From Squalus acanthias (taxonomy: Eukaryota), in the NCBI GenBank assembly GCA_030390025.1, contig CM059433.1, positions 2,294,001 to 2,358,000 on the forward strand: DNA of 64,000 nt. The letters are read 5' to 3'. A program made the position numbers and the translations under genes. The first letter of the stretch is position 1, and each line of letters begins with the position of its first letter. The notes under the pieces were generated by a model that was not told the DNA's origin, did not search any database, and saw only the letters and a program-made list of their open reading frames with translations. Positions 1 through 13,050 of the stretch are shown one piece after another.

Positions 1-345
1 GACGGGTTTGGATAGGCTAGACGGGGAAAGGCTGTTTCCACTAGTTAACGGTACAAGGACTAGGGGACACAGATTTAAGGTTTTGGGCAAGTGATACAGG
101 GGGGACGTGAGAAAAAACTTTTTTACACAGCGAGTGGTGAGGACCTGGAATTCGCTGCCGACGGAAGTGGTGGAAGCGGAGACACTCAATGTTTTCAAGG
201 GGAGACTGGATAGGCACTTGAGGGAAATAAACTTGCAGTGCTACGGGGATAGAGCGGGGGAATGGGACTGACTGGATTGCTCTACAGAGAGCCGGCACGG
301 ACTCGATGGGCCGGATGGCCTCCTTCTGTGCTGTTATGACTCTAT
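1..345 (+). mobile_element. CR1 LINE 3' end (subfamily 'A'), truncated by window start
   Basis: C-terminal ORF2 remnant (GLDRLDGERLFPL...TRGHRFKV...[13 protein letters not shown]), CR1-type 3'UTR and TTATGACTCTAT tail; closely similar to 13883-14544 and 36146-36341. Confidence 0.9.
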
Positions 346-2100
346 GGGGGAGAAATTCGGTATCGCCCCATTTGGGGCGATGTCGGTGGTGGGTCCCGAC
401 CCCGCTGCTGGCTCTGTCCCTCTGTGTAAAACAACTTTCCATTGATGGGGCTTGTTAAGCCCTGCCCAGCGCGTTTCCCGGCCAATTAGAGGAAGCAGGT
501 CTGGTGACGTCATTTCATGATGCGTCAGCAGCTGGTTTCCATAAAGGGACCATGTCCAAATTTGTCTTGACATTTGTGCTGTCAGTGTTCTACAGCAATG
601 AGGTGCTGCAAACACTGACAATGACTGCACAAAGGCACAGGGCTGCACCCAAGCTCTCCCATGACTCCCTCTATATGCTTATGGAGGGAGTCACAGCACG
701 CAGGGAGGCTCTCTTCCCTTCCAATGGGCGGAAGAGACCTCCCCAGGAGATCAACACAGCCTGGTTGCACATTGCACAGGAGGGCACAAGCAGGGATGTG
801 GTCAGGAGGACCTGGTTGCAGTGGCGCAAACCTTTCATTGATCTCAGTAGATCACGAAATGTTACTGCAAAGCCACACTCAACCACATCCTGCTGTGCCA
901 CTCATCACATCCCCAGCACTCTGCCTTCCCTACCCTACTCCTGCACATCCTTACTCACACCAGCTTACCTTGGGACCTCCACCCATCCCCCTCTATCTAT
1001 ATTATCACATCCCCATCTCACGAGCCTCCCCTCACACTCACCATCATCCTAGTGCAATCATACCAACTAACAACACACAAGGGTAGGCACTTGGATGTTT
1101 TATGTAATGTTCATGTAAAGTTTCTGTTAATGTGCTGTCAAACATTGAAACCTTTATTTTCAACACTTTGCGTTCTTGGACAGATTTGTGTGCACCTTTG
1201 GAAGTGGCTTAGTGAGTTGCAGTGAATGGTGAGACATAACGGTACCCCCCGCAATGGCGATGAGTGTGAAAGGAATGGCTTGGGTATTGTAGGGATGCTT
1301 TATGGTGTTGGTGTGGGATGGTGCCAACCTGGCGCATCATGTGGCAGTCAGGGTGTACAGCTTCAAGTGAAGTAAATCTGGTCATGGTGAGGCCATCCCT
1401 GGCCTCCCGGGCAGCAATGTGCTCGGGTGCTGATGCCCTCTGTCCTGTGCAGCATCAGTTGATTGCGGAGAAGGTTGGTGGTGTTGTTGGTGCTGCTGGT
1501 GATGGGGCTGATCGTGGTGGGATTCAGAGGACCAAGGTCAGAGAGTATAAAGGGCACCGATGCTGATGGAATAGATGGCAGGTGAAGTAGAGATGACAGA
1601 AACATTCTGTCAATGGTGAGAGAGTTCTTCCAATGAGGTGAGAGTGGAAAGTGGATAGCCTATAGAATCTGTGCTGGAAATAGAGTGAGAAACAGCTTGT
1701 GGCTGAGGAAAGTGACCATCTGTCAGGTGGGAGCTTTTACTGTACATTTGAAACTGTCAAGTAATCAGCTGGAGTAATGGCCACTGAGCCCCCGCCTCAG
1801 GTTGACAGCCATGGTCTGCGCACAGCAGGGATCCCATGGTCACGAAGTTAAAGGCAAAAGGTTAGTGAAAAAAGGCTGTTAAGCATCTGGCAACTAAATG
1901 CTAATCATTTTAATTAGTCCCCCCACCACCCCCCCCCACTCGCTGCTGGTCGGGTCTTCGCAGCGTTGACAGACCTGACATTGGGAAAGGTGCATGGCGG
2001 CGGGTTCACAGCGGGGTCCCGACCCGCAGTGAAAAAATAAACATTTTCCCACCCGACCCACCACCGATCCCACCCGCTATCCCCAGGGAAAATTCCGGCC
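346..2100. mobile_element. Non-autonomous PIF/Harbinger-type DNA transposon remnant (possibly composite left end)
   Basis: Starts GGGGGAGAAATTC, ends GAAAATTCCGGCC (G-rich termini like the other MITEs here); contains a Myb/SANT-like coding remnant. Confidence 0.7.
621..860 (+). pseudogene. Harbinger Myb/SANT-like (MSANTD/NAIF1-type) DNA-binding protein remnant
   Basis: RAAPKLSHDSLYMLMEGVTARREALFP...AWLHIAQE...RRTWLQWRKPFIDL matches the tri-helical Myb-like motif of the Harbinger accessory protein. Confidence 0.75.
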
Positions 2101-2232
2101 ATAATCTAATCCGGGGTGCCCGAAACATGGCTCAAAGGCCTGTTGTGGCCCTGAGCCCCTAATGCACGTGGCCTAGATGACTAGCTCCATTTGTGCTTCT
2201 GTTTGTTATTTGCTGGCTTGTCCTGTTTGCAT

Positions 2233-2600
2233 TCTTACAGGGCTTGACAGGGTAGACGCAGGGAGGATGTTTCCCCTGGCTGGGGAGTCTAGAACCAGGG
2301 GGTCACAGTCTCAGAATAAGGGGTCGACCATTTCGGACTGAGATGAGGAGAAATTTCTTCACTTAGAGGGTGGTGAATCTTTGGAATTCTCTACCCCAGA
2401 GGGCTGTGGAGGCTCAGTCGTTGAGTATATTCAAGACAGAGATCGATAGATTTTTGGATATTAAGGGAATCAAGGGATATGGGGATAGTTCAGGAAAGTG
2501 GAGTTTAGGTCGAATATCAGCCATGATCTTATTGAATGGCGGAGCAGGCTCGAGGGGCCGAATGGCCGACTCCTGCTCCTATTTCTTATGTTCTTATCTT
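2233..2600 (+). mobile_element. CR1 LINE 3' fragment
   Basis: VVNLWNSLPQRAVEAQSLSIFKTEIDRFL, 3'UTR hairpin region and (TTCTTATG)n tail. Confidence 0.9.
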
Positions 2601-3392
2601 TGTGGGGCTGGAGGTTTGAAAGGCAGTTCTTTGCACTGTTGGCTCATTGGTGGATGAAGCGTAAATCAGAATGCCAAGATCTGTTAGTCTCAGCCACTTG
2701 AAATATATACAAATGAATCGGAATGTGGATTTAAACTTTATAGAGGTGCCCCCAAAGCTTCACCGTACCCAACAGTTTGAAACTTCAACATTACGATGTT
2801 TTATGATAGGATAAATAGTCTAGATTGTTTCCACTGTTAACAAGGACATAAGTTTAAGATGATTACAAAAATAATTTAAAGGCGAGTTTAGAAAAATTGT
2901 CTTTACCTTGAGGATTGTTAGAATATAGAATTCTCTGTCATAAAATGTTGTTTTACAGAGCCCATAAATACTAATGAAAGGGAAGTAGAAATGTGGTTGT
3001 AAAACAGGAACATTAAAGCACGTGGGGAGCGAGCAGGAGTCTGAAATTAGACTAGGTTGCTCATGTGGAAAAAGACACTGGTGTAGATTTAATGGGCTGA
3101 TTGGCCCGTTTCTCTGCTTTAATTCTTTCTGAAGGGGGCAATTTTCATCTCGACATACCTGAATGGGTGGTGGGTGGTCGTGCTTGAAAGAATTGGCGTG
3201 GGGCCTGTGCCATTTTTGTGGCCTAATTTAAAATAAATTGGCGAGCTGTCAGTGTGAAACGTGGTCCCGGTAGGCAGCCTTCTCACTGGCAGGGCAGGAA
3301 ACCCGGCAGGGTGGCATCCTGTAGCACCTTAAAGGAGAGCTTCTTTTTACAGCGTTGGATGGTGGACAACAAGATTGTGCAGCAGCAGGCAA

Positions 3393-4365
3393 AATGACTT
3401 TGGCCAAGCCCCCCGGGTTCTCTGATGCAGTGTTGAAGATGATGATTGACCAAGTGAGCAACAGGAAGGAGGTCCTCTTCCTCTCCAAGGGGCGATGGTT
3501 GCCACGACAAGTTAATCAGTAGAGAGGTGGCAGAAGATGTGTACACCACCAGCATTGTTCCCAGGTCCTGACTGCAGTGCAGTGCAGGAAAAAATTTAAT
3601 GATCTGATGAGAACTGCCAAGGTAAGACTCCCCTTCAAAGCTCTCATACTCTCTCACAGCCCTGAAGGACACTACTTTAGCCTCAACACTATCAATCCTT
3701 CCCTTTCCCACTTCCCAAGGTTCTCCTCAAGTCACTGTACACCTGCTACTGCCCTCACAACTACTCCCTCTTGTCTTCACTTGTTACTTAATCCTGCCAT
3801 CATGCACACTATGCTAAGCTGCCTCACAAATGATGAAAGCCCTTGCCCAGGGCACATATTAGCCCACTTTCACACTGTGCAGGAGAAGCTGGCGCACAAC
3901 AGGAGGGAGAGAACAGAAAAGGAGGAGGAGGTCCTGCCACTCTACAGACATTGGCACCAATAGAAGAGGCTACCGTGAAGATTATTTGCACATATATGAG
4001 CATGCTGCATCAGAAATGGCCAGGCTGGAGGCTAGGGACAGCAGTTTATTTGGGCATTTTATCTTCCTTTTCTTGTTCTACTTACCACTCTCACTCACAC
4101 AGTCACACACTCAGCATGACACCCTTGCAATGCCACTTATCGGCTCCCGCTATTCTTGCCACTACATGCTAACTCTCGTGCCTTTCTCCTTTTTCTAGAT
4201 CCATTAGATGACTTGGGCACACAGACGGAGGAGGCGAACCCTCCTGAAGATGCACTCTCACTGGCTCTAACCCTTCCAAGCTCTAGCACAGAAATTGGCA
4301 GCACAAGTGGCATAGATAGTGAGTTAGGGGGGTCTCTCAGGGATGCTCATACTGCCATCATGTAG
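3393..4365 (+). pseudogene. Harbinger Myb/SANT-like gene, multi-exon, disabled
   Basis: KPPGFSDAVLKMMIDQVSNRKEVLF...QCRKKFNDLMRTAK, GT donor at 3622, AG acceptor at 3881-3882, next exon EKLAHNRRER; frameshifts and stops. Confidence 0.7.
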
Positions 4366-5012
4366 GATCTGGACTCAAACATCTCCTTCGCTTTGGACAT
4401 GCTGTGAGTTCAAGTGGATAGGGGCTTTAATCAGAGCACAGATGCACTAAAATAGGCTCTCCTACAAACCAGTGGGAGTGTAGAGCTGCAGCCAGTAGCA
4501 GGAGCAGTCATGCAATGGGAGTTGAACATGTTGCTCTCTCTCATGGTGACAGCACTCAAGACCAACCTCAACCAATGCCCACCCCGGTGCCAGAAAGCCA
4601 GCTGGCCCATGCTGCGCAATAACCGCCGAGTTGGTGTTCAGGCCTCGGCTCCTACAGGCCACCGACCAAGAGCATCTCCAGAGCCCTTGACTGAGGCACA
4701 GCAGCCGTCCACCTCCCATGCTACAACCATTGGGGGAGGACCTCGTAGAAACACTAGCGTAGGGAAGAAAACACAGGAACTAGAGTCTCACAGCAGCATG
4801 ATAATTAGTGTGTAGGCATTTCTGTAAACCAGAATGATGATAATGCTTTTTGAAATCTTTGTGTGCAGTGAGTTTTCTTGTAGTAGCTGGTGACCCAGCA
4901 ATATTAGTTGACATTAATCAGTGTTGTTTTTAGAGCAAATGCAAGTTATTCAAGGATGGTAGGACAGGGAGAGATTTTGGATTTGACTATTAATGTAAGG
5001 AGGAAGGAATGT

Positions 5013-6617
5013 TCAACTGAAGTGCTCTTCAATAAGCTGCTGTTGAGGAGGTCTGGTTGCAGGTAAGTGTTGGAATCCTCCCCCTTCCTCGCCATCCTCT
5101 ATGTCATTAGTGTCCTCTCCCTCAACATGCTGAAGGTCCACATTGAACGATCGCTCCATGTGTTGCAGCATACAGCAAACCGCTGTTACATGAGACACTC
5201 TTTGTGGGCTGTATTCCAGGACACCAGCAGATCTGTTCAGGCAGCAGAATCACGGCTTGAGGACGCTGCTTGATGAGGTCTCCAGCTGGACCATGGATCT
5301 CATTGTAGCACAGTTCAGCCGCCAAGCGTGAGTTTTTGAGAGGAGTCATGAACCAAGTGTGCAATGGAGGTAGCCCTTATTCTAAAGCAGCCCGCTTCCC
5401 ACTTGCTGTGCACAGGGCAAGAGTGGTGGACGGAGGATTGGCCCCCCAATATAAAAGCACCTTGGCAGCTGTGGGAAAACGGACACAGATCTACATCTTC
5501 TCTTCTTAGGCAGTCCCTCGGAACCGAGGATGACTTGCTTCTACACTAAAAATGAGTTCTCAGGTGACTGATGAGTCCAATGCGGGACCTGCAGTCTCTG
5601 TCACAGGTGGGGCAGACGGTGGTTGAAGGGGCGGGTGGGTGGGGTGCTTGGGTTGACGTGCGCTCCTTCCACTGTTTGCACTTGGTTTCCGCTTGCTCCC
5701 GGCGAAGAGACTCGAGGTGTTTGGCGCCTTCCAGGATGCTTCTCCTCCACTTTGTGCGGTCTTGGGCCAGGGATTCCCAGTTGTCGGTGGGGATGTTGCA
5801 CTTTTTCAAGGAGGCTTTGAGGGTGTCCTTGAAGCGTTTCCTCTGCCCACCTGGGGCTCTCTTGCCGTGTCGGAGCTCCGAGTAGAGCGCTTGCTTTGGG
5901 AGTCTCGTATCGGGCATGTGGACTATGTGACCTGTCCATCGGAGCTGACCGAGCGTGGTCAAAGCTTCGATGCTGGGGATGTTGGCCTGAGCGAGAACAC
6001 TGATGTTGGTGCGCCTATCCTGCCAATGGATTTGCAGGATCTTGCGGAGGCAGCGTTGGTGGTACACATGATGTGCTGTTGGTGATCACACACATTAATG
6101 GTGTGGAAGTCCTTGTGATTTATGATGGCGGTGGGGTCATGTGAAGGAGCCCACAGGGCGGCATAGGTGAGGCCCTAGACTGGGCGGAATCCTGCAATCT
6201 GTGCAAACCCCAGATCCCTATTGTGCTGCTTCCAGTTGACCATCGGGAAAGCGATGTATGTGTTTGTTGTGGCAAACAGGCCATCAGTCACTTGCTTAAA
6301 GCAAGCATGGACGGCAGGCCGACTGCTGCTGCTGATCGTCCCTGTAGCCTGTTGCAGCCAGAGGCAAAGTGACATTGACGGCAGCTGGCAATGCTGTGCT
6401 GGCTGTGCCAGTTTGTTGCTGATTTCGTTGCAGGAAGCGACAAAATTCTGACAGCCTCCCTAGACAAGCAAAGCCTCCTTCCACACGGCTCCTCTGAGCA
6501 GTGCAGGGCTGTTGTCCTGGGCCTATAAACTCTGTTGGGAAGGTAAGGACTCCCTTCTATTTGCTCTTCCTCCAGCTCCTCCTCTTTCCAGAGAGGCATT
6601 CCCAGGAGGACACCCAT
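5013..6617 (-). pseudogene. HARBI1-like DDE transposase pseudogene, split by an RTE insertion
   Basis: RVYRPR...RRLCLSREAV, QVTDGLF...YIAFP...GFAQIAGF, DFHTINVCDH, RFP.SC..AFIL, WFMTPL...YNE blocks in order across frameshifts. Confidence 0.85.
5497..6065 (-). mobile_element. 5'-truncated RTE-clade LINE
   Basis: Open ORF QLRWTGHIVHMPDTRLPKQALYSEL...GGQRKRFKD with C-terminal CPTC...HLRTH, short 3'UTR and AAG-like tail; ACAT duplicated at 5493-5496 and 6066-6069. Confidence 0.9.
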
Positions 6618-7469
6618 GAAGAATTAAGTGCAAAACTCGAAGCCCCGTAAGAGTTCCGAGCATACTACAGCAACGACACACACTGTGAAATCATCGAAGT
6701 AGCAATAAAACGCTATCTAATGTTTGCAAAATGCCTCCCGAAACTTTCACCAGTTTTATTCGAGAGCAGCTGAGGATCCCTTTAAACATCACAGCAAACA
6801 GCTGCCTCACAACTTGTACCGTCCATGATTTGTGGGCGGGAACAGGAACTGGCAGTCGCAATGCAGGCAGAGATGAAAATAGCGTGGTAACCGTAACTGT
6901 GTCATTTGATTCCGATTAGCATATATTAATGAGGCTCCCGTCTGTTTCTGGTGATGGTTCTGGCCGACTAATTGGGGTCAACCTGAAAACTGGGAATGGG
7001 CAAGAATGCATCAGGAAGCCGGCGATTCCATTTCCCGCACTATCTTGGCCCTGTTACCGGACAATCTTAAAGTGCAAACAGGGTGATAGGGACATGAAAA
7101 TCGCATCCTGTGGAGTTATTAAATCAGCCTCACCTACGCGTGCAATTAAAATTTGTATTGGAAGCGAATCCACTGAAAGTGGGAGTCAAACGGTAATGCA
7201 GCAAACTCTTCAATGTGAGGATTAAAGGATGTCGGTAGCTAAACCATAATTCCTGAACATTATCCACCCAAACATTAGCAAAACAGCAGGGGGACAATAA
7301 AATGTGTTAATACTAAACACGAGAAATGTTAAAGGCTCATTTCGTGGCAATTAAAGAATCTTTGTACTCAGCGATTTCACAGTTTTTGTGGTCGTGCTGG
7401 CGAACAGGAAGGATAAAAATTTTACAATATCTTAGTGAAAAATGTAGACCTGAAGTGGGATTTTTTTTT

Positions 7470-8552
7470 TATATATTATTCGTTCATGGGATGTGGGCGT
7501 CGCTGGCAAGGCTGGCATTTATTGCCCATCCCTAATTGCCCTCGAGAAGGTGGCGGTGAGCTGCCTTCTTGAACCGCTGCAGTCCGTGTGGTGAAGGTGC
7601 TCCCACAGTGCTGTCCCAGAGTCATCCAGAAGAGTCCCAGATTACCTGTGCTGGCTCCCAGCTCCTGTTGTTGCAGGAAAACCTTGTGACTGCACTATCG
7701 AAATGCCCATCTTTCTTTTTTATTCGCTTATGGGATGTGGGCGTCGCTGGCAAGGCCAGCATTTATTGCCCATCCTTAATTGCCCTTGAGAAGGTGGTGG
7801 CGAGCCACCTTCTTGAACCGCTGCAGTCCGTGTGGTGAAGGTGCTCCCACAGTGCTGTTAGGGAGGGAGTTCCAGGATTTTGACCCAGCGACGATGAAGG
7901 ATCGGCGATATATTTCCAAGTCAGGATGGTGTGTGACTTGGAGGTGAACTTGGAGGTGGTGGTATTCCCGTGCGCCTGCTGCCCTTGTCCTTCTAGGTGG
8001 AAGAGGTTGCGGGTTTGGGAGGTGCTGCCGAAGAAGCCTTGGTGAGTTGCTGCAGTGCATCTTGTAGATGGTACACACTGCAGCCACGGTACGCCGGTGG
8101 TGGAGGGAGTGAATGTTTAAGGTGGTGGATGGGGTGCCAATCAAGCGGGCTGCTTTGTCCTGGATGGTGTCGAGCTTCTTGAGTGTTGTTGGAGCTGCAC
8201 TCATCCAGGCAAGTGGAGAGTATTCCATCACACTTCTGACTTGTGCCTTGTAGATAGTAGAAAGGCTTTGGGGAGTCAGGAGGTGAGACACTCGCCGCAG
8301 ATAACCTAGCCTATGACCTGCTCTTGTTGCCACAGTATTTATGTGGCTGGTCCAGTTAAGTTTCTGATTAATAGTGGGGGGTTCGGCGATGGTAATGCCG
8401 TTGAATGTCAAGGGGAGGTGGTTAGACTCTCGCTTGTTGGAGATAGTCATTGCCTGGCACTTCTGTGGCGCGAATGTTACCTGCCACTTATCAGCCCAAG
8501 CCTGAACGTCGTCCAGGTCTTATTGCATGCGGGCATGGACTGCTTCATTATC
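7470..8552 (-). mobile_element. Two 3' fragments of CR1-group LINE family 'B' (about 7470-7613 and 7712-8552)
   Basis: IYKAQVRSVMEYSPLAW...SFIVAGSKSWNSLP and shared 3' end CCCACATCCCA..AATAAAA. Confidence 0.85.
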
Positions 8553-10077
8553 TGTAGTAAATGAAACATCAACATCAGGGGTAAAGAGCTTGGCACAGCT
8601 GACTTGGAATCTTCTTGCCTTGATTTGGAGATCTGTAGGTGGTGCACTGCTGATGTCATTTTCTGACGGGGCTTGCCGCTTTCAACTCAAGGTTGAGTTT
8701 GTGCGTGTGTGCGTGGCTGCAGGCTAAAGAAGACAGTTTTCAGAGAAGCTGAACGCAATTGAAGAAAGAAATTTCTGCCATTTTTACTTCAGTTTTATGG
8801 CAGTATAAGTGCATCAGTAGATAGAAGGCACTGTGCAACAGTGTCATTTCCAATCCCCCTCACTAACTATCCAGTAACATCACTATTATGCTGATGAGCA
8901 TTCATAACACCAATTGTCCTTTAAAACCAATTAACATGATTTTCATTAAAGTTGAATCCTTGAAGGTTGGTTCCACAATACTCTGATGAAGGTAAAAGAT
9001 GGTCTACTGTGATAGGATTTGTATCCTTGTTCAGACGAGTTAATCCACATGTTTTAGGTAGTGCAGATTTGGAATTTGCTAAAGCACAGTGATACTATTG
9101 TGTTTATCTTGTTCAAGGTTGTGTCCATGACATTACTTTATGACCGATAGAAAAAATATTTGAGACCTCTTTTTTACATAAATATTATTTATGTTGCCAT
9201 ACATGAAAAAATTGAATTTCAAAATTGTTCATATAATTTGACAAGAAAAATAAAATGTCAAAATCTTTTAATTTAAAGAAAGGGATGGCTCTTCGACAAA
9301 GAACCTGTCATGGCACAGTTCCAAGTACAAATGCATATATACGGCACTTTCCTTACGTTTCAAACACTTCGATAAATTACCCGCAATTCTGAATATCTTT
9401 GCTCTTTCCGACACCAACAAAAACTCAGTTTGAAAGTAAGAGGACTCTCATCGTGTCTGCAATTACAATGAGGGTAGAATTGTCCTTCAAACGCATGAGA
9501 TACTCACACTGCTCAGTTAAATATTGATCTGTACAAAGGTCAATGGTAGATATGTGTAAAAGTGCCAAACTGTGGCACAGTGCCGACAATCGCATGCTGA
9601 TGGCTCACAAGAGGTCACTCTTGAAGCTTGTCAAAAAGAAATCTAACGACAATCTTTCTCCATAACTGGGCTCCAATCTGCACTGCAAATAAATCCTAGC
9701 TGTTGGGGAAGTGCAGAGAACCATTACCTCTCTGCTGATGACTAGTAAGAGCATCACATTGAGAATTAATGACATCTATTCAGTTGACCTACTGAGGAGT
9801 TCCCAAGTTTGTACTTTCTCCCAGTAATTTGATTGCCCATATTTACTTCTATAACCATTTTTTTTCATTCATTCCTGGGATGTGGGCTTCACTGGTAAGA
9901 CCAGCATTTATTGCCCATCCCTAATTGCCCTTGAGAAGGTGGTGGTGAGCCACCTTCTTGAACTGCTGCAGTCCGTGTGGTGAAGGTACTCCCACAGTGC
10001 TGTTAGGTAGGGAGTTCCAGGATTTTGACCCAGCGACGATGAAGGATCGGCGATATATTTCCAAGTCAGGATGGTGG

Positions 10078-10366
10078 CTCTAGAACGAGAGGCCACAGTC
10101 TCAGGATACGGGGTAGGACATTTAGGACTGAGATGAGGAGGTGAACCTGTGGAATTCTCTACCACAGAAGGCTGTGGAGGCCAAGTCACTGAATATATTT
10201 AAGAAGGAGATAGATAGATTTCTAGACACAAAAGGCATCAAGGGGTATGGGGAGAGAGCGGGAATATGGTATTGAGATAGAGGATCAGCCATGATCATAT
10301 TGAATGGCGGAGCAGGCTCGAAGGGATGAATAGCCTACTCCTGCTCCTATTTTTCTATGTTTCTAT
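10078..10366 (+). mobile_element. CR1 3' fragment inserted into LINE-B
   Basis: VNLWNSLPQKAVEA remnant and (TTCTATGT)n tail; LINE-B sequence resumes on both sides. Confidence 0.85.
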
Positions 10367-13050
10367 GTGTGTAACTTGGAGGGGAATTTGGAGGTGGTGG
10401 TATTCCCATGCGTCTGCTGCCCTTGTCCTTCTAGGTGGAAGAGGTTGCGGGTTTGGGAGGTGCTGTCGAACAAGCCTTGGCGAGTTGCTGCAGTGCATCT
10501 TGTAGATGGTACACACTGGTGGTGAAGGGAATGAATGTTTAAGGTGGTGGATGGGGTGCCAATCAAGCGGGCTGCTTTGTCCTGGATGGTGTCGAGCTTC
10601 TTGAGTGTTGTTGGAGCTGCACTCATCAAGCAAGTAGAGAGTATTCCATCACACTCCTTACTTGTGCCTTGTAGATAGTGGAAAGGCTTTGGGGAGTCAG
10701 GAGGTGAGACGCTCGCTGCAGAATACCCAGCCTCTGACCTGCTCTTGTAGCCACGGTATTTATGTGGCTGGTCCAGTTAAGTTTCTGGTCTTGCTGCATG
10801 CGGGCATGGACTGCTTTATTATCTGGGGAGTTGCGAATGGAACTGAACACTGTGCAGTCATCAACGAACATCCCCACTTCTGATCTTATGATGAAGAGAA
10901 GATCATTGATGAAGCAGCTAAAGATGCTTGGACCTAGGACACTGCCCTGAAGAACTCCTCCAGCGATATTCTGGGGCTGAGATGATTGTCCTCCAACAAC
11001 CACAATCATCTTCCTTTGTGCTAGGTATGACTCCAGCCAGTGGAGTTTTCCCCCGATTCCCATTGACTTCAATTTTTCTAGGACTCCTTGATGCCACACT
11101 CGGTCAAATGCTGCCTTGATGTCAAGGGCAGTCACTCTCACCTCACCTCGGGAATTCAGCTCCTTTGTCCATGTTTGGACCAAGGCTGTAATGAGGTCTG
11201 AAGTTGAGTGGTCCTGGCGGAACCCAAACTGAGCATCGGTGAGCAGGTTATTGGTGAGTAAGTGCTGCTTGATAGCACTGTTGATGACACCTTCCATCAC
11301 TTTGCTGATGATTTGAGAGTAGACTGATGGGGTGGTAATTGGTTGGATTGGATTTCTCCTGCTTTTTGTGGACAAGACATACCTGGGCAGTTTTCCACAT
11401 TGTCGGATAGATGCCAGCATTGTAGCTGTACTGTAACAGCTTGGCTAGAGGCGCGGCTAGTTCTGGAGCACAAGTCTTCAGCACGATAGCCGGGATGTTG
11501 TCCGGGCCCATAGCCTTTACTGTATCCAGTGCACTCGGCCGTTTCTTGATATCACGTGGAGTGAATCGAATTGGCTGAAGACTGACTTCTGTGATGGTGG
11601 GGACCTCAGGTGGAGGCCGATATGGATCATCCACTTGGCACTTCTGGCTGAAGATGGTTGCAAAAGCTTGAGCCTTGTCTTTTGCACTCACATGCTGGGC
11701 TCCACCATCATTGAGGGTGGTGATATTCAAGGAGCCTCCTCCTCCCATTAGTTGTTCAATTGTCCACCCCCATTCATGACTGGATGTGGCAGGACTGCAC
11801 AGCTTTGATCTGATCCCTTGATGTGGGATCGCTTAGCTCTGTCTATAGCATGCTGCTTCCACTGTTTAGCATGCATGTAGTCCTGTGTTGCAGCTTCCCC
11901 AGGTTGGCACTGCAATTTTAGGTATGCCTGTTGCTGCTCCTTATTGAACCAGGGTTGGTCCCCTGGCTTGATGGTAATGGTAGAGTGAGGGATATGCCGG
12001 GCCATGAGGTTACAGATTGTGGTGGAATACAATTCTGCTGCTGCTGATGGCCCACAGCACCTCATGGATGCCCAGTTTTGAGCTGCTAGATCTGTCCTGA
12101 ATCTATCCCATTTAGCATGGTGGTAGTGCCACACAACACGATGGAGGGTGTCCTCAGTTTGAAGATGGGTCTTCGTCTCCACAAGGACTGTGCGGTGGTC
12201 ACTGCTACCAATACTGTCATGGACAGATACATCTGCGACAGGTAGATTGGGGAGGACGAGGCCAAGTAGGTTTTTCCCTCGTGTTGGTTCTCTCACCACC
12301 TGTCGCAGGCCCAGTCTGGCAGCTATGTCCTACAGGACTCGGCCAGCTTGGTCAGTAGTGGTGCTACCGAGCCACTCTTGGTGATGAACATTGAAGTCCC
12401 CCACCCAGAGTACATTCTGTGCCCTTGCTACCCTCAGTTATTCTTCCAAGTGGTGTTCAACATGGAGGAGTACTGATTCATCAGCTGAGGGAGGGTGGTA
12501 GGTGGTAATCAGCAGGAGGTTTCCTTGCCCATGCTTGACCTGATGCCATGAGACTCCATGGGGTCCAGAGTCAATGTTGAGGACTCCCAGGGCCACTCCT
12601 TCCCGACTGTATGCCACTGTGCCGCCACCTCTGGTGGGTCTGTCCTGCCGGTGGGACAGGATATACCCAGGGATGATGATGGAGGAGTTTGGGACATTGG
12701 CTGAAAGTTATGACTGTGAGTATGACTATGTCAGGCTGTTGCTTGCCTAGTCTGTGGGACAGCTCTCCCAATTTTGGCACAAGTCTCCAGATGTTAGTGA
12801 GGAGGACTTTGCAGGGTCGACTGGGCTGGGTGTGCCATTGCCGTTGTCGTCTCCGAAGTTGGTGCTGGGTGGTCCGTCCGGTTTTATGCTTATTATTGTG
12901 TTTCGTAGCGATTTGTTACAACTGAGTGGCTTGCTGGGCCATTTTAGAGGGCAGTTAAGAGTCAACCACATTGCTGTGGATCTGGAGTCACATATAGGCC
13001 AGATCAGGTAAGGGCGGCAGATTTCCTTCCCTAAAGGACATGGAGTCATA

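Larger units (their letters stand above)
3134..7108. mobile_element. Decayed formerly autonomous PIF/Harbinger transposon (~4 kb, two convergent genes)
   Basis: Imperfect TIRs GGGGGCAATTTTCAT / ATGAAAATCGCATCC (12/15); Myb gene on + and DDE transposase on -. Confidence 0.8.

Noticed and set aside
504..1052. Domesticated NAIF1/MSANTD host gene
   Set aside because: Lies within transposon ends, similarity stops after the Myb domain and key positions are degenerate.
8885..9000. CTGATGA words as hammerhead or C/D boxes
   Set aside because: No stem II with GAAA and no partner boxes or terminal stem.
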